64,000 bases of DNA from Candidatus Omnitrophota bacterium (lineage in GTDB: Bacteria > Omnitrophota > Gorgyraeia > 2-02-FULL-51-18). The notes beneath the pieces are model-generated. The model worked only from the letters and a program-made list of their open reading frames with translations. It was not told the DNA's origin and ran no database searches. The stretch lies in assembly GCA_022072175.1 (NCBI GenBank), contig JAJVIE010000003.1:665840-729839 (forward strand), in the 5' to 3' direction. The translations under genes and the position numbers were made by a program. Positions 10,968 through 19,794 of this stretch are shown here, one piece after another. How positions within the stretch are numbered: position 1 is the stretch's first letter; each line of letters begins with the position of its first letter.

Positions 10968-12101
10968 TCAATCCGACCGGCGGTCCGCGTTCCCCGCCCA
11001 GATCCCATGACCGTCCGCGACCGGACGTCCCGGCGCGGTCGCGGCCGCCAACGCATCAGCGGCCGAAACGCTCGACGATCCTCCGCACCTGCCGTCGAGG
11101 TACATCCAGCGGTCCGGCGCCAAGGCCCTGCGCCGGCCCGTGGTCTCGAGCGTGCATGCGGCAAGGGCTCGCGAGCCGTCCGAACCTTCGGCCAGCGATC
11201 CTGTGACCGCATCCCACTCTTCGATGCGGCGGATACGCTCCTTGAGGTCCCCGGCGGGACCCTCGAAGACCGTCATCGCGAACAAAAGATCGTACCCCTC
11301 ATGCTTGCCGTCGAGGGTCTCCGCCCAATCGGCGCCCAAGGCCTTGGCCAATCCACGATGGACAGGACCTCCGCCGATGAAGAGCGGTTTCGAAGAACCC
11401 TTCGACCGAAGCGACGGCAGATCGGCCGACCGGCCCTGAGCCCAGATCCACACCCCATTGCACGGGTTCTCGCCCAGATCGATACGGACCCGGTTGATCT
11501 CGTGCGACTCGAGCCCCTCAGCGGCCGCCGAACGCACTTTTTCGATCAGCGCCGCGGCCGCCGAACGACCCGCGACCGACGGGTACACCTGCCCGATCGA
11601 ACGCCCGGGCTCCGGAAGCTCCAAACCGACAAGCTCATCCGAAAGAAGGACATCGTCGACGACCAGGAACGCACGGCCGCCTTCGGCGGGGTAAAGTTTT
11701 ACTTTATCATCCTCGACACGGGCTTTCAACATCCCGAACAGGGCCTGTGCCTCGCCCTCCTGCAGGTCGCCCGGACTCGCCGAGACCAGACTCCCGGCCT
11801 CGAGCGTCACCAGGTCCATACGGAAGACCACTTGGTGCGGCCTCAGGACCGCGCCGCATCCCATGGCCTCGAACGGCGCCACACCCCCGGCCAGGCTGGC
11901 GGGATCGTACCCCGCGATGGACAAAGCCAAGCGGAGCGGGTCGCGTCGACCCGCGACGACGAAGCGCGCCTGACCCGCGGAGGCCGAGCCGGCCAAGCGG
12001 TTCAGATGCGGGGTTCGTGCCAGGTCCATCGCCGTACGGTTGTCGTAGCCGGGCTCGGGGCCGTCTTCCAGCCCCCACGCGGCCGAGATCAGGGCGGTCA
12101 T
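10968..12101 (-). CDS. cofactor-independent phosphoglycerate-mutase-like protein (archaeal ApgM family), the proposed non-orthologous homoserine kinase
   Basis: About 377 aa from the internal ATG ([17 protein letters not shown]...) that overlaps the thrC stop as ATGA. IAGYDP, PFEAMG and RMDLVTL resemble ApgM/metalloenzyme-superfamily motifs. It is wedged between thrC and lysC, where thrB would be expected. Confidence 0.6.
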   Translation of the reverse strand: MTALISAAWGLEDGPEPGYDNRTAMDLARTPHLNRLAGSASAGQARFVVAGRRDPLRLALSIAGYDPASLAGGVAPFEAMGCGAVLRPHQVVFRMDLVTLEAGSLVSASPGDLQEGEAQALFGMLKARVEDDKVKLYPAEGGRAFLVVDDVLLSDELVGLELPEPGRSIGQVYPSVAGRSAAAALIEKVRSAAAEGLESHEINRVRIDLGENPCNGVWIWAQGRSADLPSLRSKGSSKPLFIGGGPVHRGLAKALGADWAETLDGKHEGYDLLFAMTVFEGPAGDLKERIRRIEEWDAVTGSLAEGSDGSRALAACTLETTGRRRALAPDRWMYLDGRCGGSSSVSAADALAAATAPGRPVADGHGIWAGNADRRSD

Positions 12102-13183
12102 ACGCCGAGCGCTTTGAGGATCGCTTCGGTGCGGGCGGGATACGCCTTGGGGACGCGTACGGTCTTGAGGGCCCGGTCGGGATCCTTGAGACCGTGCCCG
12201 GTAACGATGCACACGGCGATCCGCTGCGCGCCGGACCGGGCCGTAGCGCGATGCTTACGGAAGTAACCCTGCGCGGCGGCTTTGAGGAGCCCGGCCACCG
12301 ATGCGGCGCTGGCCGGCTCGACAAAAACCCCTTCCCGCGTGGCCAGGAGCTCGTAGGCGGCGAGGATCTCCTTGTCCGTCACCGGATCGATACGGCCACC
12401 GGAAGCGTCGCGCGCCGCGACGGCCTGCTCCCAGCTGGCCGGATTGCCGATACGGATGGCGGTGGCGATGGTCTTGGGTGCGGCGACAGGCTTGCCCTGT
12501 ACGATAGGTGCGGCGCCAGCGGCCTGGTACCCCAGGAGGACCGGCAACGACTTGATGACCTTGTCCCGGTGGTACTCCTGATAACCCTTCCAATAAGCGG
12601 TGATGTTGCCCGCGTTCCCAACGGGGATCACATGGTAATCAGGAGCCGCGCCGAGTTGATCGCAGATCTCAAAGGCCCCGGTCTTCTGCCCCTCGATCCG
12701 GAACGGGTTGACCGAGTTGACCAGGGTGATCGGATATTTGTCCGAGATCTCGCGCACCAGCCGCAGGGCGTGATCGAAGTTGCCCTTGACGGCGATGACG
12801 ACCGCGCCATGGATGAGCGCCTGACTGAGCTTGCCCAACGCGATGGCTCCCTCGGGTATCAGAACGGCGCAGCGGATACCCGCTCGGGCCGCGTAGGCGG
12901 CGGCCGACGCGGAGGTGTTGCCGGTGGAGGCGCAGATGACCATCCGACTGCCCGCCTCCTTGGCCTTGGAGACCGCGACGGTCATCCCCCGGTCCTTGAA
13001 CGATCCGGTCGGATTGAGGCCCTCGCATTTCAAGAAGACCCTCAGCCCGGTCCTGCGGCTCAGTTCGTCGGCGGGCACCAGCGGCGTGTTGCCTTCGCAC
13101 AGCGACACGACGGGGGTCTTGGCCGTGACCGGCAGGCGGTCACGATAGCGATGGATCAGGCCTTGCCAGCGCTCTGCGGGCAT
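12098..13183 (-). CDS. thrC: threonine synthase
   Basis: PLP fold-type II. The start was re-assigned to [43 protein letters not shown] carries the PLP lysine. The track ORF (to 13501) has a 106-aa upstream read-through. Confidence 0.85.
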   Translation of the reverse strand: MPAERWQGLIHRYRDRLPVTAKTPVVSLCEGNTPLVPADELSRRTGLRVFLKCEGLNPTGSFKDRGMTVAVSKAKEAGSRMVICASTGNTSASAAAYAARAGIRCAVLIPEGAIALGKLSQALIHGAVVIAVKGNFDHALRLVREISDKYPITLVNSVNPFRIEGQKTGAFEICDQLGAAPDYHVIPVGNAGNITAYWKGYQEYHRDKVIKSLPVLLGYQAAGAAPIVQGKPVAAPKTIATAIRIGNPASWEQAVAARDASGGRIDPVTDKEILAAYELLATREGVFVEPASAASVAGLLKAAAQGYFRKHRATARSGAQRIAVCIVTGHGLKDPDRALKTVRVPKAYPARTEAILKALGV

Positions 13184-13185
13184 GC

Positions 13186-14499
13186 TCAGCCGTCCACGCG
13201 CAACACGACGGTGCGTTGACGCACATCGGGGCGCCTGTCGATCTGCCGCAGCGCCGCGCGAAGGTCGGCCTCGCGGGCGGTGTACGTCAGGATGATGACG
13301 GGTACGGAGCGTCCGCCGTGCGTGCCCTTCTGCTGAACGCTCAGGATGGAGATATCGTGCTGTCCGAGAGTGCGGGCGATGTTGCCGAGCACACCGGGAC
13401 GGTCCGCGACCTGGAACCGGAGATAATACCTCGAAGCGATCCGATCGGCGGGCAGAACAGGAAGCTTGGGCAGGTCCTCCGGAGCGGGCTCCATCGTCCA
13501 ACTTTGAGCGGCGACGGCCTTGGCGATGGCGATGATATCGCTCATGACCGCGCTGGCCGTCGGGAGCATCCCCGCTCCCTTACCGTAGAAGAGCAGGTCC
13601 CCCGTGTGGTCCCCGTGCATAAAAACAGCGTTGTACACCCCGTGCACGTTCGACAGCGGATGGTCCTTGGGCAGCAGCGTCGGATGCACGCGCAGGTCCA
13701 GACCCTTGCCGTCGCGCTTGCCGATGGCCAACAGCTTGATCGCGTAGCCGAGCTCCGAGGCGTACTGCATATCGACGGCCGACAGCGAGCGGATGCCCTC
13801 GACGGGAATGCGGTCGAAGGGCACTTCCGAACGGAAAGCCAAGCGCGCCAGCACCGCGAGTTTGTGCGCCGAATCGATGCCATCGATATCCAGGGACGGG
13901 TCCTGCTCGGCGTAGCCCATGCTCTGGGCATCGGCCAACGCGTCCGTGAAATCCGAGTTCTGCCGGCTCATGGCGCTGAGGATATAGTTGCACGTCCCGT
14001 TCACGATGCCCATGAAGTGCGAGATGTTGTTGGACGTCAACCCTTCCCGCAGGGACCGGATGATGGGGATGCCCCCGCAGACGCTGGCTTCGATACCCAA
14101 CAGCCTGCGGTGCTTGGCGGCCTCACCGTAGATGGCCGTGGCGGCCTCGGCCAGCAGAGCTTTGTTGGCGGTGACCACATGCTTGCCGTGACGGAACGCC
14201 TCAAGGATCAGATCACGGGCCGGCGCGATACCACCGATCAGCTCGACGACGATGTCGATCGACGGGTCACGCAGGATGGCGTGGGGGTCCGTGGTCAACA
14301 ATCGCGCCGGCAGACGGACCGCCCGTTTCTTGCGGGGGTTGCGGACGCATACGGCCTTGAGCTCGAGCCGGATACCCGTCTTGGCCTGGATCGCGGCGAT
14401 CTCGGACTGTAGGATCCGCACCACACCGGTACCCACGGTGCCGCACCCGATGAGCGCGATCCCCACGGTCCTTCCGGTCGTAACGTTGACGGACCTCAT
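13186..14499 (-). CDS. hom: homoserine dehydrogenase (NAD-binding, catalytic and C-terminal ACT domains)
   Basis: [16 protein letters not shown] Rossmann motif and a homoserine dehydrogenase catalytic region. Start is at MRSVNVTTG (ATG 14497-14499). The upstream part of the track ORF is a translated tRNA gene. Confidence 0.85.
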   Translation of the reverse strand: MRSVNVTTGRTVGIALIGCGTVGTGVVRILQSEIAAIQAKTGIRLELKAVCVRNPRKKRAVRLPARLLTTDPHAILRDPSIDIVVELIGGIAPARDLILEAFRHGKHVVTANKALLAEAATAIYGEAAKHRRLLGIEASVCGGIPIIRSLREGLTSNNISHFMGIVNGTCNYILSAMSRQNSDFTDALADAQSMGYAEQDPSLDIDGIDSAHKLAVLARLAFRSEVPFDRIPVEGIRSLSAVDMQYASELGYAIKLLAIGKRDGKGLDLRVHPTLLPKDHPLSNVHGVYNAVFMHGDHTGDLLFYGKGAGMLPTASAVMSDIIAIAKAVAAQSWTMEPAPEDLPKLPVLPADRIASRYYLRFQVADRPGVLGNIARTLGQHDISILSVQQKGTHGGRSVPVIILTYTAREADLRAALRQIDRRPDVRQRTVVLRVDG

Positions 14500-14516
14500 T
14501 TGCCGACCCATAAAAA

Positions 14517-14595
14517 TGGTCGGGGCGAGTGGATTCGAACCACCGATCTCTTGCACCCCAAGCAAGCGCTCTGGACCAAGCTGAGCCACGCCCCG
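14517..14595 (-). tRNA. tRNA-Pro (anticodon GGG), CCA encoded
   Basis: The reverse complement folds as a cloverleaf. Acceptor stem CGGGGCG/CGCCCCG. D-arm GCTCAGCTTGGTCCAGAGC. Anticodon stem-loop CTTGC-TTGGGGT-GCAAG. T-arm GGTGGTTCGAATCCACT. 3' end ACCA. Confidence 0.85.
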
Positions 14596-14656
14596 ATTGA
14601 ATTCGTTGTCATCGACCGGCGCTCACCCGACCCGCGCGCCGGACCGCTCCAGACCT

Positions 14657-15664
14657 CTAGTCCAACTCGCGGGCGACATGCGAACGCATGAGCGCCTCGA
14701 CGGCGACCTTCGGGTCCTTCTTCCTGAAAAGCACGGAATGCACCGCTTCGGTGATCGGCATCGACACGCGGTAACGCTTGGCCAAACGAACGGCCGACTC
14801 GCAGGTGTCCACGCCCTCGACGACCATCTCCGTCTCGGACAGCGCCTGCTTCAGCGTGCGTCCTTTACCGACGCGCTCACCCAGCCAGCGGTTGCGGCTG
14901 TGCGGGCTCAAGCAGGTCGTAGCCAGATCCCCGAGCCCGCTCAGACCCATGAAGGTCTCGCCGCGGGCACCCATCTTGCGCCCGAGCCGGGCCATTTCGG
15001 CAACGCCCCTGGCGAAAAGCGCGGCTCGCGTATTGGAACCGTACCCGAGCCCCTCGACGATCCCGGCGGCGATCGCGATCACGTTCTTGAGCGACCCGCC
15101 GAGCTCGACCCCGAGCACATCCTCGCTCACGAAAAGATTGAAGGAATCCGTCAAGAGCACCTCGCGGACACGGGCGGCCAGTGCGGCGTCCCTGGAAGCC
15201 ACCGACGCGGCGGCAGGCATCTTGAGCGCGATCTCACGAGCGATGCACGGACCCGACAGCACGGCCAACGGTACCCGGCCGAGCCTCTCTTCGACCAACT
15301 GCGACATGACCTTGAGGCTCTTTTTCTCGATGCCCTTGGCGACCGAGACGTATTCCAAGCCCTTGATCCCCGTCGCCCGTATACGGTCGAGCACGCTCCG
15401 CATGTACTGTGACGGAACCGCCAGAACGACGAGCTTGGCTCCGGTCAGTGCGCTCTGAAGGTCCGAGGTCAGCGTCACGTTCTCGGGGATATGGAATCCG
15501 GGCAGGAATTTCACGTTCTCCCGCTTGCGGTCCATCTCGGCGACGTACTTCTCGAAAGCGCCCCACAGACCGACCGGATATCCCTTACTGGCCAGCAAAA
15601 TCGCCAGCGTCGTACCCCAACCGCCGTCACCGATGACGGCTATTTTCGCATCCCTATGCTTCAT
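14657..15664 (-). CDS. gpsA: NAD(P)H-dependent glycerol-3-phosphate dehydrogenase
   Basis: 335 aa. MKHRDAKIAVIGDGGWGTTLA Rossmann motif, and the GpsA family profile throughout. Confidence 0.9.
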   Translation of the reverse strand: MKHRDAKIAVIGDGGWGTTLAILLASKGYPVGLWGAFEKYVAEMDRKRENVKFLPGFHIPENVTLTSDLQSALTGAKLVVLAVPSQYMRSVLDRIRATGIKGLEYVSVAKGIEKKSLKVMSQLVEERLGRVPLAVLSGPCIAREIALKMPAAASVASRDAALAARVREVLLTDSFNLFVSEDVLGVELGGSLKNVIAIAAGIVEGLGYGSNTRAALFARGVAEMARLGRKMGARGETFMGLSGLGDLATTCLSPHSRNRWLGERVGKGRTLKQALSETEMVVEGVDTCESAVRLAKRYRVSMPITEAVHSVLFRKKDPKVAVEALMRSHVARELD

Positions 15665-15749
15665 AAGATGTTATGACGCCACCGATGGTTGTGACAAAGT
15701 GGGCTTTAATATAGCAAAGCCTTACAGGAGGGTCAACGCCAAAAACAGC

Positions 15750-16139
15750 TCAGGGGATCTGGAATTTCGGATGGCCGCCGTGCGGGGAAAGCATATCGAA
15801 CTTGATGGAATGCATGAACACGACCGCGAACAAATGCAGGTCCTGCACCACATAAAAACTTCCGATCACGCGATAGATCATCTGACCCACGCCGGTCTTC
15901 GGGTCGAGGACCTTCTTGATCGACACGTGCCGGTCCTTCCGATTGAAGACATTGGCATGGACTTCCATCCAGGTCTTCATTTCCTGGGCGTCGTGGAACG
16001 GACTCTTTTCGGAAACGTAATACGAATACTTCTTTTCCGCTCGGGCCGTTACGCCGTTCTGCTCGATGATCTCCACGATGCGCAGGTTCTTGCGCTTGTG
16101 GTCGTTGGATGTCGATGTTTGGATGCAGATCTCTCTCAT
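15750..16139 (-). CDS. hypothetical protein (orphan ORF in a low-GC islet)
   Basis: 129-aa ORF on the same strand as its neighbours. It is K/I/N/Y-rich, typical of low-GC DNA, and flanked by AT-rich non-coding stretches. No recognisable motif or domain. The coding frame itself is uncertain, since a 210-aa plus-strand ORF also crosses the islet. Confidence 0.4.
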   Translation of the reverse strand: MREICIQTSTSNDHKRKNLRIVEIIEQNGVTARAEKKYSYYVSEKSPFHDAQEMKTWMEVHANVFNRKDRHVSIKKVLDPKTGVGQMIYRVIGSFYVVQDLHLFAVVFMHSIKFDMLSPHGGHPKFQIP

Positions 16140-16230
16140 GGGATACCAGTTATTTAAACATTGAAAGAAGTAGAGCTAAAAAAAATCCCTTCAATAGTTT
16201 ACAGCCGTAAACATGCATGTGCAAGGGGGG

Positions 16231-16839
16231 CTACTTTTTAAAGGACAGCTCTTCGCCCCGGATCAGGCGGGAGATATTGGACCGATGCGTCCATGTAAGA
16301 AAAACAAATATTAAGAAAAAAAGCCCTTTGACAGGACCGCTGTAATCGGTCCACAGCCCCGCCACGGCCAGCGCCGCCAAACCCGCCAGGGAGCTGATCG
16401 AAACAACGCGTGTCGGCGCGTACACGAGGACCCAGACCAACGCGCAGATACCGAAGAGCCCCGGAAAGCCGGCCAGGAGCGCGCCCGCTCCCGTCGCCAC
16501 CCCCTTGCCGCCTTTGAATCCCAGGAACGGAGTGAACACATGCCCCGCAACGGCGCAAAGCGCCAGAAGGATCCGCGCCAGGGCACGATCGCCCCCGATG
16601 CTCACAGCGCCGAGCGCCAGTTCCTGCAGGCAGAGTACCGGCAGGGCGCCCTTCAGGAGATCCACCACGAACACCGCGATCCCGATCTTCTTGCCGAGGA
16701 CACGGACCGCATTGGTCGCCCCGACATTGCCACTGCCGTGCTGACGGACATCCACCCCCCGGCACCAACGGCCGGCCAGATAGGCCGTCGGGATGCCGCC
16801 GATCAGAAAAGCCCCGACACAGGCCACCCAAGCGCTCAC
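16231..16839 (-). CDS. plsY: glycerol-3-phosphate acyltransferase PlsY (acyl-phosphate dependent)
   Basis: GSGNVGATNAVRVLGKK motif. The start is probably the GTG at 16837-16839, which overlaps the upstream stop. The 50-aa N-terminal extension in the track ORF was rejected. Confidence 0.8.
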   Translation of the reverse strand: MSAWVACVGAFLIGGIPTAYLAGRWCRGVDVRQHGSGNVGATNAVRVLGKKIGIAVFVVDLLKGALPVLCLQELALGAVSIGGDRALARILLALCAVAGHVFTPFLGFKGGKGVATGAGALLAGFPGLFGICALVWVLVYAPTRVVSISSLAGLAALAVAGLWTDYSGPVKGLFFLIFVFLTWTHRSNISRLIRGEELSFKK

Positions 16840-17444
16840 GTCGAGATCCCCTGCAGAGCGCGCGCTCCGCTGCGGACGTAGTGCCAGCCCGAGGCCAGTG
16901 TCAAGATAACGGTCAGCACGAACAGGGGCGATCTCGCCTCGATGGGCAGGCGTGCCAGACAGGCGATCAGGGTCAGCATCTGCACGCAAGTCGTGGCTTT
17001 GCCCACCAGATTGGGCTTGGCCTTCAGGTCACCGGTCGCCATGAAGACGATCATCGATCCGGCCAGGAGCACGATGTCCCGCGTGAGCACCGGGACGGCC
17101 ACCCAAGCGGGGATCCGCGCCGCATCAGGAAGGTTCGGAGCGAAGCACAGCACGACGAACGCGCTCACGATGAGCAGTTTATCGGCGAGCGGATCGATCA
17201 AAGCGCCGAAAGGCGTCATCTGCCCCAGCCGCCGCGCCAGATAACCGTCGAGGGCGTCGGTCACGCACGCGCTGATGAAGAGAGCCAGCGCCCAGTCGAA
17301 CAACTGCTCCTTGCCCGGAGCATAGGAGAGCACGCAGGAGATCACCGCGGGCACCAGAAGCACCCGCAGGAAGGTCAGGCGATTGGGCCAGTTGAGCGGA
17401 TCCGCCGCCGGGACCTGCGGAGCGTCCGGCTTGCGCTCAATCAA
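16836..17444 (-). CDS. CDP-alcohol phosphatidyltransferase (PgsA-like, paralog 1)
   Basis: 202 aa. DALDGYLARRLGQMTPFGALIDPLADK is the D-x2-DG-x2-AR...G-x3-D-x3-D signature. Multi-TM protein. Substrate (PGP, PI or cardiolipin) cannot be told from sequence. Confidence 0.75.
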   Translation of the reverse strand: MIERKPDAPQVPAADPLNWPNRLTFLRVLLVPAVISCVLSYAPGKEQLFDWALALFISACVTDALDGYLARRLGQMTPFGALIDPLADKLLIVSAFVVLCFAPNLPDAARIPAWVAVPVLTRDIVLLAGSMIVFMATGDLKAKPNLVGKATTCVQMLTLIACLARLPIEARSPLFVLTVILTLASGWHYVRSGARALQGIST

Positions 17445-17988
17445 TGCGGCCCATCCTCTTGAGCGGCCACCAGCGCACGAACGCCTTGCCGATCACGTTC
17501 TGCCGCGGCACGAATCCCCAGAAGCGGCTGTCGGTGGAGTTGGCGCTGTTGTCGCCGAGCACGTAGTACTGACCCTCGGGGACCTGGATCTTCTCGTAGG
17601 GCCCGCCGTACGGCTCGTGGTTATAGTAGAAGAACTTCCCGAAGCTCTCCGGATCGTCGAGCACGACGCCGTCCACGTGGATCTTGCCATCACGGATCTC
17701 GACGGTCTCCCCGCCGACGGCGACGAGACGCTTGATGAAGTCCTTCTTGCGGTCGGCCGGGTACTTGAAAACGATGATGTCTCCCCTCTTCGGCTGCTCG
17801 AAGCGGTAGATGAACTTGTTCACGAAGAGCTTGTCCCCTTCGATGAGCGTGGGCCGCATCGACCCGGAAGGGATCTTGAACGCCTGCACCACGAACGTGC
17901 GGATGATGAGCGTGAGAACGAGCGCCACGGCGATCGACTGCGCCCACTCGATGGCCTCACGCTTGAGGAGTTGACGGTCGATCTTCAT
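17437..17988 (-). CDS. lepB: signal peptidase I
   Basis: FKIPSGSMRPTL (catalytic Ser box) and GDNSANSTDSRFWGFV. Start was re-assigned to MKIDRQLLK, whose ATG overlaps the lepA stop. Classic lepA-lepB order. Confidence 0.85.
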   Translation of the reverse strand: MKIDRQLLKREAIEWAQSIAVALVLTLIIRTFVVQAFKIPSGSMRPTLIEGDKLFVNKFIYRFEQPKRGDIIVFKYPADRKKDFIKRLVAVGGETVEIRDGKIHVDGVVLDDPESFGKFFYYNHEPYGGPYEKIQVPEGQYYVLGDNSANSTDSRFWGFVPRQNVIGKAFVRWWPLKRMGRID

Positions 17989-19784
17989 TGTTCGAGCTTG
18001 AGCGCCGCCAGGAAGGCCTCTTGCGGGATCTCGACCTTGCCGAACTGCTTCATGCGCTTCTTGCCCTCTTTCTGCTTCTCCCAGAGCTTGCGCTTGCGCG
18101 TGATGTCGCCGCCATAGCACTTGGCGGTGACGTTCTTGCCCATGGGCCTGACGGTCTCGCGCGCGATGATCTTACCGCCGATCGCCGCCTGGATCACCAC
18201 CTCGAACATCTGCCTCGGGATCAGCTCCTTGAGCTTCTCGCACAGCGCTCTGCCCTTGGTCTGGGCGACGTCGCGGTGCACGATCGAGCTGAACGAATCG
18301 CAGGGCTCGGAGTTGATGAGGATGTCCAGCTTGACCAGATCGCTCTCGCGGTGTCCCGTCAGCTCGTAATCCAATGAACCGTAACCCTTGGTGATGGACT
18401 TGATGCGGTCGTAAAAATCCACGATGATCTCCGACAGCGGGAAATCATAGGTCACCCGCGCGCGGTCCTCGCTCAGGTATTCGGTGGTCTTGTACGTGCC
18501 GCGCCGCTGTTCGCACAGGTCCAGGATGGGCCCCATGCACGACGGCGGGATGATCAGGGAGGCGTCCACGTAAGGTTCGAGGATCGCGTCGATATGCGAC
18601 GGATCGGGCAGCTTGGACGGGTTCTCGATCTCGAGCGTTTCGCCGGTGGTCTTGCGGACCTTGTACACGACGCTCGGCGTCGTGACCACGAGGTTCATGT
18701 CGTACTCGCGCTCCAGGCGCTCCTGCACGATCTCCATATGCAGCAGCCCCAGGAACCCGCAGCGGAAACCGAACCCCACCGAAGCGGAGCTTTCGACCTC
18801 GAACACCAGCGAGGCGTCCGAGAGCTGGAGCTTTTCCATCGAGTCCTTGAGGGCCTGGAAATCCTTGGCGCTCACGGGAAAGATGCTCGCGTACACCATG
18901 GGCTTGATCTTCTTGTAGCCGGGTAGCGCCTCGGAGGCGGGGGACTCCACGGTGGTGACCGTGTCGCCGTTCTCGACCTCCTTGGCCGAACGGATGTTGC
19001 AGGTGATGTAACCGACCTCGCCGCAGAGGATCGCGTCGCACGGTACCGGCTTTGGGGAGAGGACCCCCATCTCGAGGATCTCGTATTCGCGTCCGGTGGC
19101 CATCATGCGGATCTTCATGCCCTTGCGGAGCACGCCGTTGAAGACGCGCACGTACACGATCACGCCCTTGTAGATGTCGAAGTTCGAGTCGAACACCAGC
19201 GCCTGAAGGGGCGCGTCGGGGTCACCCTCAGGAGCGGGGATCCTCTCGACGACACGTTCGAGGATGTCATCGATGCCGATGCCGGCCTTGGCGCTGGCCA
19301 GGATGATCTCCTCCTCGCGGATGCCCAGTGCCTTGTGGATCTGCTTCTTGACCTTGTCCGGATCGGCGGTGGGCAGGTCGATCTTGTTGATGACGGGGAT
19401 GACCTCGAGGTTGTGTTCCATGGCCAACAGCAGGTTGGACACCGTCTGCGCCTCCACGCCCTGACCGGCGTCCACCACCAGCAGGACCCCCTCGCAGGCC
19501 CGCAGGCTCTTGGAGACCTCGAACGTGAAATCCACATGTCCGGGCGTGTCGATGAGGTTGAGCACGTAGTCCTGACCCGCTTTCGACTTGTACGGGATGC
19601 GCACGGCGCTGGCCTTGATCGTGATCCCCCGCTCCTGCTCCAGCTCCATGTCGTCCAACAGCTGGTTGTGGAAGGTCCGCTGGTCGATGACCCCCGTGTG
19701 CTCGAGGATGCGGTCGGCCAGCGTGGATTTCCCGTGGTCGATGTGCGCGATGATCGAGAAGTTGCGGACGAACTGATGTTTCAT
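17985..19784 (-). CDS. lepA: elongation factor 4 (LepA)
   Basis: 599 aa. NFSIIAHIDHGKSTLADR G-domain and the LepA-specific C-terminal domain. Confidence 0.95.
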   Translation of the reverse strand: MKHQFVRNFSIIAHIDHGKSTLADRILEHTGVIDQRTFHNQLLDDMELEQERGITIKASAVRIPYKSKAGQDYVLNLIDTPGHVDFTFEVSKSLRACEGVLLVVDAGQGVEAQTVSNLLLAMEHNLEVIPVINKIDLPTADPDKVKKQIHKALGIREEEIILASAKAGIGIDDILERVVERIPAPEGDPDAPLQALVFDSNFDIYKGVIVYVRVFNGVLRKGMKIRMMATGREYEILEMGVLSPKPVPCDAILCGEVGYITCNIRSAKEVENGDTVTTVESPASEALPGYKKIKPMVYASIFPVSAKDFQALKDSMEKLQLSDASLVFEVESSASVGFGFRCGFLGLLHMEIVQERLEREYDMNLVVTTPSVVYKVRKTTGETLEIENPSKLPDPSHIDAILEPYVDASLIIPPSCMGPILDLCEQRRGTYKTTEYLSEDRARVTYDFPLSEIIVDFYDRIKSITKGYGSLDYELTGHRESDLVKLDILINSEPCDSFSSIVHRDVAQTKGRALCEKLKELIPRQMFEVVIQAAIGGKIIARETVRPMGKNVTAKCYGGDITRKRKLWEKQKEGKKRMKQFGKVEIPQEAFLAALKLEQ

Positions 19785-19794
19785 CGGTCCCCGG

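Noticed and set aside
9725-11212. Long N-terminal extensions in the ORF track (lysC to 11212, thrC to 13501, hom to 14589, ruvX to 23883, trpG to 30241, rpsO to 50546, ribF to 51804, ftsK to 47583, dut to 47944, and others)
   Set aside because: The extensions read through upstream genes or a tRNA, and are Arg/Pro/Gly-rich with no similarity to the families. Conserved N-termini, SD sequences and 4-bp stop/start overlaps support the internal starts used in the feature table.
15525-16157. 210-aa plus-strand ORF across the low-GC islet as the real gene
   Set aside because: It begins inside antisense gpsA, is His/Asp/Leu-rich like other antisense artefacts, and would be the only other plus-strand gene. 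The minus-strand 129-aa ORF was preferred but with low confidence.
16140-16230. Intrinsic terminator downstream of plsY
   Set aside because: The segment is AT-rich but no convincing G/C hairpin followed by a U-run could be found on the minus strand.
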